In this document: positions 49,511 through 59,239 of the stretch, piece by piece
Position numbering within the stretch: the first letter of the stretch is position 1
How the letters are laid out: the number at the start of each line of letters is the position of its first letter
Source of the DNA: Felis catus
Taxonomy: Eukaryota
Reading direction: 5' to 3'
NCBI RefSeq assembly: GCF_018350175.1
Contig: NC_058368.1
Location: 21,578,001-21,642,000 of the forward strand
DNA: 64,000 bases
Translations under genes and position numbers: made by a program
The notes under the pieces: generated by a model
What the model was told of the DNA's origin: nothing
Seen by the model: only the letters and a program-made list of their open reading frames with translations
Database searches by the model: none

Positions 49511-50225
49511 GCTGCCAACAGTTCAGAGTCCACAATGCAAAGCTGTGGACAGGTGTACCTGGCCAGGGCTCTGCCCACAGGACATTTGTGATTGATTCAT
49601 AGGAAAAATGGCACCAAAAGCATATTGAGAAAACTCTCTCCAGTGAAGGCCATGCTCATCCAAAAGATGCTAGTTCTTTCTGGAGTTTTTGTTGGTTTTA
49701 TGGCAATTCTTTTTAAGAGGATTAGAGTGATTAGAGAACCAGCGAGGAGCCTGGGATTCATATCCTCTCTGTTTCGCTAACCAATGCTGAGCCCGTGGAC
49801 AAGGCCACTGGCCTGTGTGTTTGTAAAATAAGGAACGTGGGCTCCTTTTCTAGCTCTGCCGGTCTCTCGTGTCATAAGCTGGTGTCATCAACTGCAGCAG
49901 CCTTGCAAATCCTCTAATATCTCGCCTGCCCACACCAAAGTTTACCAGGCATAATGCTGTCCTTGTGCAAGATGAACTGTATTGAGGCCCCTGGAAGGGA
50001 GACGTCAGGGCTGAGACGGCCTCCCTGCCCCCACACCTTGCACATTTGTTCTCTGGGTTAGTAGACACAGGGAGGCCGTCTGTCTCTGAAACCCTCCCTG
50101 GGCCCTTTGCTCTTTTAAATCTTTGTTCAAACATCTCATCACAAATATCTCAGTAAATATTATTGGGTGTCATGGAGAGTAAAGACACTTGGGAAAGAAA
50201 GTCATAATAGAAGAGCAGAAAGTCA

Positions 50226-50423
50226 GGGCGCCTGGGTGGCAGTTAAGCATAGGACTCTGGATTTCAGCTCAGGTCATGATCTTACAGTTCATAAGATCAC
50301 GCCCCACGTCAGGGTCTGTGCTGACAATGTAGAGCCTGCTTGGGATTCTCTCTCTCCTTCTCTGTCTGCTCCTCCCCACTTCTCACTTCCTCTCTCTCTC
50401 AAAATAAATAAACATTAAAAAAA
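50226..50423 (+). mobile_element. Can-SINE
   Basis: TSD AGAAGAGCAGAAAGTC. Confidence 0.92.
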
Positions 50424-51271
50424 GAAGAGCAGAAAGTCTACAGAGCAATTCCTATGCCTTGGGTCAAGCTGATGGAATCCAACCTACAGGTCTTGGCACC
50501 CTTTCCTTCTCCCCATTCCTGGCTGAGCACCTGTCCCTAGCCATCATGTCCAGTGTCCTCACCCTGCCCATCAAAGCTGCGAGCAGGAGAGTACAGTGGT
50601 CAGAGGGAGGCAGGACAAGAAGCAAAGGGCTGGCTCTAACCGTCACTGGTCCCCAAGCCCAGTGTCCTTGTCTGCCCAATGAGGATAGTAATATCCAGTG
50701 CACAGGATTCCTACTGGGCACATGAAATGATGGGTGTGAGACACGGGCACGTGACATGTGCTAAATATGTTTTGTAAAGAGAGTTACCTTTCCTGGGCAT
50801 CTATCCTACCTCCAAATACCATCATATGGGGTTGTTAGAATTTAACATATATACTGGGGGGAGGGTAGCACTGGTCTAAAACCCTTCCTGGCTTCCCTTT
50901 GCACTGAGGAGAGGGACTGTGCCTGTCTCGTATTCCCAGCGTCTGGCAGAGTCTGGCGCAAAGCTCCTTCGAAGTTCATGTCATCAGACTAAAAACCTGC
51001 TCTTATCTTCCAGCTTCTTTATTGCTCCTTGTTCCTTAATGCCTTGAGTATTGAACTCACTATCTTCGTTTTCACCAACCACTTCTGTCACTGTTTGGGG
51101 GGAATGATCCATCTTACACCTTGGGCTCTCGGTTTCTGGACCTCCACACCTCAAATGGTCTTCAGTTTTCCCCTCTGGAGGTCAGATGCTTGACCTTGTC
51201 ATCCCCTCTAAACCTCTATTTCTAGCCCCTCACTTCCTGACCTCCTCCTCTCTATTTAGCTGATTGCTTCT

Positions 51272-51508
51272 TAAATTTTAAATTAAAAAAATGTTTTAAT
51301 GTTTCTTTATTGTTGAGAGAGAAAGAGAGACAGAGAGATAAACTGTAAGCAGGGGAGGGCCAGAGAGCAGGAGACATAGAATCCGAAGCAGGCTCCAGGC
51401 TCCGAGCTGTCAGCACAGAGCCCGATGTGGGGCTCGAACCCATGAACCATGAGATCAGGACCTGAGCCAAAGACAGACGCTTGACCAACTAAGCCACTCA
51501 GGTGCCCC
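51272..51508 (-). mobile_element. Can-SINE
   Basis: TSD TAGCTGATTGCTTCT. Confidence 0.92.
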
Positions 51509-51674
51509 TAGCTGATTGCTTCTAATGCTCCCCTCCCAGCGATTCTTTGACCTCATTCAGGCCCATGATTCCTTGACCTTATCATTTTTTTCATCATCTG
51601 ATCATATCTGTTTTTCACTTCCTACTTAGCCCAGACTGCATTAAGTGGTACGTCATTAAAAAATGCTTCCTCAT

Positions 51675-51878
51675 GGAGTGCCTGGATGCCTCAGTTGATC
51701 AAGCCTCTGACTCATAGCTTCGGCTCAGGTCATGATCTCAGGACTTGTGGGTTCGAACCCTGCATCGGGCTCTGCGCTGACAGCGTGGAGCCTGCTTGGG
51801 ATTCTCTGTCTCCCTCTCTTTCTGCCTCTCCCCTGCTCACACTCTGTCTCTGTCTCAAAAATAAATAAGCAAAAAATT
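51675..51878 (+). mobile_element. Can-SINE
   Basis: SINE head and tail; TSD core TTCCTCATG. Confidence 0.9.
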
Positions 51879-52104
51879 TTGTTTCCTCATGAATTGCTTC
51901 CTCATAAATACCACTAGCTCGTTGGCTCTGTCTTCATTCTTGATGAAACCCAACTATCGCCTTACTCCATCCCTGTACCCGAGCGGTGAGAGAAGAATAC
52001 CAGCTGCGGTGACTGTCCTCACTTCAATGGATGGCTGCAAACCTCAAAAGTCCCTACACACTGCCCACAAATCTTCCATATATCCTACATCCCTTTGTAC
52101 TTAA

Positions 52105-52485
52105 AAAGGTGGTCCTAGACCAACAGTGCAGGCCTCACCAGGGAGTTTGTCACAAATGCAGCAGCTCAGGGGCACCTGAGTGGCTCAGTCGGTCAAATGT
52201 CTGACTTCAGCTCAGGTCACGATCTCACGGTTCATGGGTTCGAGCCCCGCGTCGGGCTCTGTGCTGACAGCTCGGAGCCTGGAGCCTGCTTCGGATTCCA
52301 TGTCTCCCTCTCTCTCTGCCCCTCCCCTGCTCGCGCTCTGTCTCTCTCTGCCTCTCAAAAATAAATCAAAATGTTAAAAAAACAAATGCACCAGCTCAGA
52401 CCCCACTCAGACTTACTGAATCAGGATCTGCGTCTTAACGAAGTCACTGGGTGATTCATTTCCGCATTAAAGGTTTTGAAGCGTT
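52105..52485. mobile_element. MER5A interrupted by a Can-SINE (52169-52382)
   Basis: TSD ACAAATGCA(G/C)CAGCTCAG; MER5A CAGACTTACTGAATCAG. Confidence 0.85.
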
Positions 52486-52779
52486 GTCCTAAGTGGCTTG
52501 CTTTCTGGATTGCCAGAAACTCCCTCGTCATCTTCACGTCTTCAACCTGCTTCCATCTGTGTCGCATCCTGTCTTCCCTCCTGTTAGGATGGGAGAAGGG
52601 TCCAGTCTGTCGGAGGCAGATGCCTTTCTTTAGCCTCTGGATTTCATCCCTCTCTCTCCTGCATCCCTGAATCATGAACTGTTCCTTGGCTACAGGACAT
52701 ATCCTAATCCTAGTCCCCGTGTCGAAAGTCTCTCCCCTGATCCCACATCCTGCGCAGACTGCCCACTTCTTGGCTTCCC

Positions 52780-53060
52780 TGCAAACTCCTGGGCCCCCTT
52801 TCCTCTGATACGCTCATGGCTCACTCTGTCTCTTCATTTAGGTCTTTGCTCAGATGCTGCTTCAGGAGAGAGGCCCTCTCTGACCACCCTTTGTAGAATA
52901 ACACACACTTTATCTTTAATTATCTTTATGACACCTTCCACCATCTGGTGTGTCTATTTCCTTGGTGTCTGTCTCCCCACACTGGAACGTCAGCTCCAGG
53001 GAACAGGGTCTTTTCCTATTTTGTCTACGGCCGAGTCCCTAGGGCCTGACAGTGGCTCCT
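52780..53060. mobile_element. L2 fragment
   Basis: TTCATTTAGGTCTTTGCTCAGATG...GTCTGTCTCCCCACACTGGAACGTCAGCTCC. Confidence 0.75.
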
Positions 53061-53389
53061 GCTGCCTAGATGAGGAGGGACTGGTGTGGAATGCCACATG
53101 CTAGGGAGAGACAGGAGGCTACGAAGGAGGCGCTCGGAAGGGCAAGACCTCAGAGACCTCCACGTTCTACCAGAGGCGATGGCTCAAATAACACTCTCTT
53201 TTTCCGTCTTCATCACTTTCTTAGAGTTCAGGTGTTGCAAGGATACCGAAATACTCCGGTTCTCTCAAGTAAGAAGGAGGAAGACGGTTCCCATAAGAGT
53301 AAGCAGAATCTCGATGAATCGCCTGGGGGAGGCTCAGAGGGACCTCAGAGATTTTGGAATGTCACCTGATGGCCTCCGGGGTTCTCCCC

Positions 53390-53775
53390 TGGGCATATTC
53401 CTGGCCTGGTGTGGGGTCTGCTACACCGAATAAGCCTGACCTGCGTGTAACTAACAGGATTGCAGAAACAATGGTGCGTGGCTTCCGAAGCTAGGTCATA
53501 AAAGACATAGAAGGGACGCTTCTATGGGAAGCTCCCATAGAAGGGACGCTTCTATGGGAAGCTCCCATAGAAGGGACGCTTCTATGGGAAGCTCCCATAG
53601 AAGGGAGCTTCTATGTCGCTCCCTTTTGGGCCACTTGCTCGAGGGGAAGCCAATGGCCATCACTGGGGTCCAAGAGGGGAGGCACTGAGGCCTCCCGCCC
53701 AGAACCAGCACTGCTTGCCAACCGGAGGGTAAGCCCTCTTCCACGTGGACCCTCCAGCCCTCGTCAAGCCTCTCT
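53390..53775 (+). mobile_element. MLT1F-like MaLR LTR fragment
   Basis: GGCTTCCGAAGCTAGGTCATAAAAGACA...GGGGAAGCCA...CTGAGGCCTCCCGCCCAGAACCAGCAC...CCTCCAGCCCTCGTCAAGCCT. Confidence 0.75.
53504..53617. repeat. palindromic 30-bp minisatellite (3 perfect units plus 1 partial)
   Basis: unit CATAGAAGGGACGCTTCTATGGGAAGCTCC; array bounded by GACATAGAAG / CTTCTATGTC. Confidence 0.97.
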
Positions 53776-53927
53776 CTTCTCTGCCGTGCCTTTCTCTGGT
53801 CCCTTGCTTTCTGTGGCCAAATGCTCTGCTGTCTGTGCCATTCTCCCACTTCTTTCTGCAGATGGCCTTTTCGGCTTACTTTTTAATATGCAAATGGTAA
53901 AAACTGGTTGCCAGTTGTTGGTCTCCA

Positions 53928-54157
53928 CAGGAAGCTGGCCAACCTTTTCTATAAAGGGCCAGGTAGTAACTACACGAGGCTTTGCAGGCCCTCACTTTCT
54001 GTTGCAACTAGTCAACCCAACTCTGCCTTTGTGGTGCAGGAGCAGCCTTGAGCAACGCCTGAGAGAAGGGGTGGAGCCCTGTTCTAATAAATATTGTATT
54101 CACAAAATCCGACAGAGGGCTACATTTGACCCAAGGGCTGTGGTTTGCCAACCCCTG
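53928..54157. mobile_element. MER58A (hAT-Charlie MITE)
   Basis: TTTTCTATAAAGGGCCAGGTAGTAA...GGCTTTGCAGGCC...GCTGTGGTTTGCCAACCCCTG. Confidence 0.85.
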
Positions 54158-54429
54158 GTCTCCGAGACCTTACAGCTCCAGAGCCCAACAGCATCTGATG
54201 AGCTCAGGCTGAGGCCGGTATCCACTCTTGGCAAATCGGTTTTGTCCAAACAGGCAGCAGGGAGACCACATGGGTTAAGGGGAGAACAGGGGCAGGTTTG
54301 ACAAGAAAGGAATGTGGCTGGTCAGGAGATAATGCACACTTTTAGCATCACTGCAGTCAATTCGTTAATGTTAATTGGCCATCTACTGAGCATTTTGGCA
54401 GAATCTGGGAATGTAAGGATGACTGATAC

Positions 54430-54630
54430 ATGCTTCCCAATAATAGCTATTGTGTCTCTTACGCTTAAGTGTGCCAGGCTTGCAGCTGAGTATACAAACC
54501 ATCTCATGTAACCCTCAAAGCAACATTATGAGGAAGCTAAAGTTCAGAGAGGTTAAGTAACTTGTCTAAGGTCACACAGCAACAGAAGGCCAAGCTGCCT
54601 GCTCTAAAACCAGGGTTCTTAACCCTTATG
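54430..54630. mobile_element. MIR SINE
   Basis: TCAGAGAGGTTAAGTAACTTGTCTAAGGTCACACAGC. Confidence 0.82.
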
Positions 54631-55292
54631 ACTCCTGCAAGTCAGTGCTGCCTCCTAGGTTCCTGAAGGATTTCTGCCCTCCAAAGAGCCCATTGTCTCC
54701 TTAGACTTTATTTTTTATGTGTAAACTCTGTTTGGGGCCTTTTTGGTAAATTGGTTTGGAATCCCTTTTCTAAAAGTCTTTTTGCTGTTGATAAGACTAA
54801 TTATGTACTCATGACCTCAGTTGTTAATAAAGTGACTCTACAATTAAAAATGACTTTGGAGGGAGCCCTGTTAGCTGGAGAGAGGCTGCACCTGGCCAAC
54901 TTCCTCATGTTCAGGATTTGTGGGCCACTTATAGACTGGCGGCCGTTGAGGTCTGCAGCTGCTGTGGCTTATCGCAAAGGCACGTGTAGGATCATAGTTG
55001 AGGCGCTCAGGGACTCGGCCCTGGTTAGTTTCTCTCCATCTCTAAACTCTCAGAAATGGCAACGTGAGAAACATTTTAATGGTCCATTTGCATTATTATT
55101 CAGCAAATTAGAAAGCAAATTGCAGTGATTTCTCAGAAGCCGCTCCTTATTCCTTTAATCATGAAACTTTTCAATTTTTTTTAAGTTAGAAAAAATTTTT
55201 TTAAAGGAGTCAGTTAGACACATTAGAATTTAAATCCTGGCAATTACTGTTCCTATTCAAGTTCAAATCCCCATTAATATTTATCAAAACAC

Positions 55293-55329
<37 letters not shown>

Positions 55330-55490
55330 TCCCCAAACACTACTGTTTTGCATTAACACTATTCTTATTCTATAATTCTGAAATTACAAATTAATAACAA
55401 ATCATTATATAATACCATTCCTTTTTTTTTTTTTTAGGTTTGACAATGGAATCGTTCTGTTTCAAAACAGAGTCCTCCTCTTGTAGAGAC

Positions 55491-55975
55491 TGTGGTAGAT
55501 TAAAAATGCCCAGCCCCAGGACTTGTGGTTCCTCTTATCAAGGGGAGGAGCCCCCTTCCTACCCCTTTCACCTGGGCAGACCTCGTGATTTGCTCAGGCC
55601 AGTAGAATGAAGCGGAAGTGAGGCTGTGTGGGTCCCGAAGCCCGGACAGTGAAGGCTCTCCTAGTTTCTGCTTCCGCCCTCTTCCATACGCTGCCAGTGC
55701 CACGTAAGAAGCAGAATTAGACTATTGAATGACGAGATACGACACAGAGAGAGAGCCGCAGATGACAGCCAGCACCAAGACCGCAGACACGTGAGTGAGA
55801 CGATCCTAGACCGGCCCACCCCACTCACGCCACCAGACGCCCGCAGTTGTATGAACCACCACAGGGGAGACCGTCGGCAGAATCACCCAGGTAAGCCCAG
55901 CCTCACTGCAGAAGCGTGAGCAGATAAACGGTTTGTTGTTGTAAGCCACTATGTTTTGGGGCGGCTTGCAGGTAG
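55491..55975 (+). mobile_element. MLT1G/H-like MaLR solo LTR
   Basis: TGTGGTAGATTAAAAATG...GGCCAGTAGAATGAAGCGGAAGTGA...TTGTTGTAAGCCACTATGTTTTGGGG. Confidence 0.8.
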
Positions 55976-56371
55976 AGAGCTGGTACAGAGATAGATTCTG
56001 GAATATTTATGGATGAAATTACACGTCGTCTTGCGCTTGCTTAAAAATAACCTGAGGGTAGGAAGATGGCGAAGGTGTAGATGAAATACGATCAGCTGCG
56101 AGTTAATCGTTGTTGGCGATAGACGGTCCACATGTTGGGGGATTCATTATTCTCTCTGTCTCCCTTCTTACTTTTTAAGTTTTGGGATATGGTTGAAATT
56201 TTCCCGAATACAGTTTGGGGAAAAGAGTCAGGATTGTAATATTGCCGCTTGGTTTCAAGTGGAAAATTGCCTTTGTAGTATGGTATAACTTAACCTTTAA
56301 TGTTGAATATTGGAAGGCTTCATGAATGGTCCCCTAAAAAAAATGGAATCAAGACCAAAGGAATCAGGCCA

Positions 56372-56570
56372 GGGGCACCGGGGTGGCTCATTCAGTTGAG
56401 CGTCCCACTCTTGATTTTGGCTCAGGGCATGATCTCACTGTTGTGGCTCCACTCTGAGCATGGACCCTGCTTGGGATTCTCTCTCTCCCTCCCTCTCTGC
56501 CCCTCCCCCGATTGTGCTCTTGGACATTCTCTCTCTCTCTCTCTCCTAAAATAAATAAATAAACATTGAA
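56372..56570 (+). mobile_element. Can-SINE
   Basis: SINE head and tail; TSD core AATCAGGC. Confidence 0.9.
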
Positions 56571-57314
56571 AACAAAAGAAATCAGGCTAAGAGAATATGG
56601 TGCAGAGAAAGGGCAAGAGATGTTGCGTATTGGTTCCCAAGCCATCAGAGACTGGATGAGTGCTGGGAGACTGAAGGAAAATGAGCTTGAGAGCCAAGAT
56701 GCAAAATTAAATGCTGGGAAAGAAGTTGAAATCCTTTTCAATCCTCTATGTGTTGAACCCTATGCCAAATACAGGAGATAGAACAAGACAAACGGTCCCC
56801 CCACCCCAGCTCATCAAACCTTCTTATCTGCCTTTGGACAACTATAGTCTCCCACCCTTAGGGGTGGGAACCTCGCATGCCGAAAGAGCCTGGTCAGGTC
56901 AATACATGAGTGAGATGACCACAAGGTAGGGAAATTGGCAAAGAGGACAGCATGTGTTCTAGTGAGTAAGAGATAGATGAGGATCCAGAGAGGCATCTAG
57001 AAAGGTCACTGCGGCAAAAGGAGCTGGTTCTCCCAATAGGGGCTCTTCCCGCACATTACAATTCTCACATTGCAATAGACTTTGTGTCTGGGCACCAGGA
57101 AGCCCAAAATAAACACTGCGTTTTCAGCCTCCTTTATTGCTGGGTGTGGCCATGGATTAAGATTTAGGCAGTGGGTTGTAAAAATAATATGTGCAACTTC
57201 CAGGTTATGCCCTTAAAGAGAAGAGTCACATCCCCTCCTTCCTTTTCTTCTCCTTTCAACACCCTGCTGAGGCAGAGTGGACCATATAAAGACAGTAGAC
57301 ACCCAGGGAGGTGA

Positions 57315-57583
57315 CAGGGCCACATTATGACTTTGGGGAGCCCTAGATATCTTTGGCTTTATGGGCCCCTTCTTGCATTAAAAAAAGGTATTAAAACGTC
57401 TGTTTTACAACTACATTAATATAATGGCAAATATAATCCAGGCTGGATTCATTTTTATATATTCATTATGATTATATTTATTTTCTCTGGTTCTTAATGT
57501 AATTAAAACATTTTCATGGGTCCTAAAATTATAACAGGCCCTAAGCACTGTGCCTGCTGCCCCTACTGGGTAAGTCAGCCCTG
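57315..57583 (+). mobile_element. ORSL-like hAT-Tip100 MITE inside a MaLR LTR fragment
   Basis: TIRs CAGGGC...GCCCTG; ATATAATCCAGGCTGGATTCATT; GGCCCTAAGCACTGTGCCTGCT. Confidence 0.78.
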
Positions 57584-57669
57584 GATGGTGGGACAATGAA
57601 AGAGAAGAACCAGGGTTCTAGGGAACACCAGATAGGACCCCCATGAAAGAGTAAACATCTGCCTTTTTA

Positions 57670-58150
57670 AAAAAATTTTTTTAGGGGCGCCTGGGTGGCT
57701 CAGTTGGTTAAGCGTCTGACTTTGGCTCAGGTCATGATCTCGCGGTTTGTGAGTTTGAGCCCCGCGTCGGGCTCTGTGCTGACAGCTCAGAGCCTGGAGC
57801 CTGTTTCAGATTCTGTGTCTCTCCATCTCGCAGCCCCTCCCCTGCTCATGCTCTGTGTCTCTCAATAATAAATAAACCTTAAAAGAAGTTTTTTTTAGTA
57901 AAAAATAAATAAAAATAAATATATAATTTTTTTAACGTTTATTTATTTTTTTGAGAGAGAGAGAGAGTGTGTGTGTGTGTGTGAGCAAGTTGGGGAGAGG
58001 CAGAGAGAGGGAGACTCAGAACCTCTGAGCTGACTCCAGCCTCTGAGCTGTCCGCATAGAGCCCAACACGAGTCTCAAACTCATGAACCACAAGATCATG
58101 ACCTGAGCCAAAGTTGGATGCTTAACTGACTGGGCCACCCAGGCTCCCCA
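57670..58150. mobile_element. nested Can-SINEs: + copy (57684-57925) inserted in the tail of a - copy
   Basis: outer TSD AACATCT(G/T)CCTTTT(T)AAAAA; inner TSD AATTTTTTTA. Confidence 0.9.
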
Positions 58151-58589
58151 ACATCTTCCTTTTAAAAAGTTATTGTATTTCGGTTCTCTCTTACATTCAT
58201 TTGAACCTGTGTGTCTTCATTAGCCCAGCGATTGGACCCAGTGACTGGAGGCCCAGGAGACTCCCTAAAGGGGGTGACATCGTGAAAGATGCATAGGAAC
58301 TGGCCAAGCGAATGGGAGAGGGTGAAGGAGAGCCTTTCAGGCAAGAAAACAGCTTGAGCAAAGGCCAAGAGGAGACACAATGAGAGGAACCATAGGAACT
58401 TGGTTAGGGTTTTGAATGCAAGGGTGTGTGTGTGTGTGTGTATGTGTGTGTCTATGTGTGTTGAGTATCTGGGTCCTTTGATCTGCTCTTGGGACCGCCC
58501 TGATGTTTGGACACACTCTAATCTCTTGAACACCAGTGCCTGCCACAGCCAGTGGAACTTGAATGTTGAGATGTCCACGAGGTAAGGTC

Positions 58590-59032
58590 TGCCTCAAAGA
58601 AGAGCATATACCTGTTAAAGGCTCAGGCCATCACTGACCAGCTTCGGCCATTGTCACACGAGATTGCAGGACCAGAGTTAAAACAAGAAGACAGAGGGGC
58701 TCCTGGGTGGCTCAGTCGGTTAAGCGTCCGACTTCAGCTCAGGTCACGATCTCACGGTCCGTGAGTTTGAGCCCGGCGTCGGGGCTGGAGCCTGCTTCAG
58801 ATTCTGTGTCTCCCTCTCTCTCTGCCCCTCCCCCGTTCATGCTCTGTCTCTCTCTGTCTCAAAAATAAATAAATGTTAAAAAAAAAATTTTTAAAAACCA
58901 AAAAACAAGAAGACAGAAATTTGGTTTTGTTTGTGAAACTCCTGACTTAAACGTAGGCCATTAACTGGAATTAAAAACAAACACTGTTTCTGCTCCACTG
59001 GGGCCCTGCTGACAGCTGGCGCCCTCTGCTTG
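58590..59032. mobile_element. MER102-like hAT fossil interrupted by a Can-SINE (58696-58900)
   Basis: SINE TSD AAAACAAGAAGACAGA; GACAGAAATTTGGTTTTGTTTGTGAAACTCCTGACTT resembles the recalled MER102 3' part. Confidence 0.6.
59017..59032 (-). promoter_or_regulatory. candidate CTCF site, reverse orientation
   Basis: reverse complement CAAGCAGAGGGCGCCA, one mismatch from CCAGCAGAGGGCGCCA. Confidence 0.55.
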
Positions 59033-59239
59033 AACCACTCACACGCCTCTGTGAGATCCCGCCTTGTCCTCTCCTCAGTCTCCAGGGGAGGTGGTTACTC
59101 AGTGTCACACTTCAGAATTGGGGACAGGGCTGGATTTGGAATCTTTAAAAGGCTAAAAACAGTCCTTCTCAAATACTTTGATTCAGTAGGGTTAATAATA
59201 TTGTTGAATCCACCCCCCCCCCCATTGTTCTCTCCTTTC

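Noticed and set aside
49283..49591. His/Pro-rich 102-aa ORF
   Set aside because: Translation of the (CCAT)n simple repeat
53504..53617. CRISPR-like array of palindromic ~30-bp repeats
   Set aside because: Units are directly adjacent with no unique spacers, there are no cas genes, and the context is a mammalian LTR; it is a minisatellite
53786..54301. 171-aa ORF
   Set aside because: Runs through a MER58A MITE; no recognisable domain or splice support
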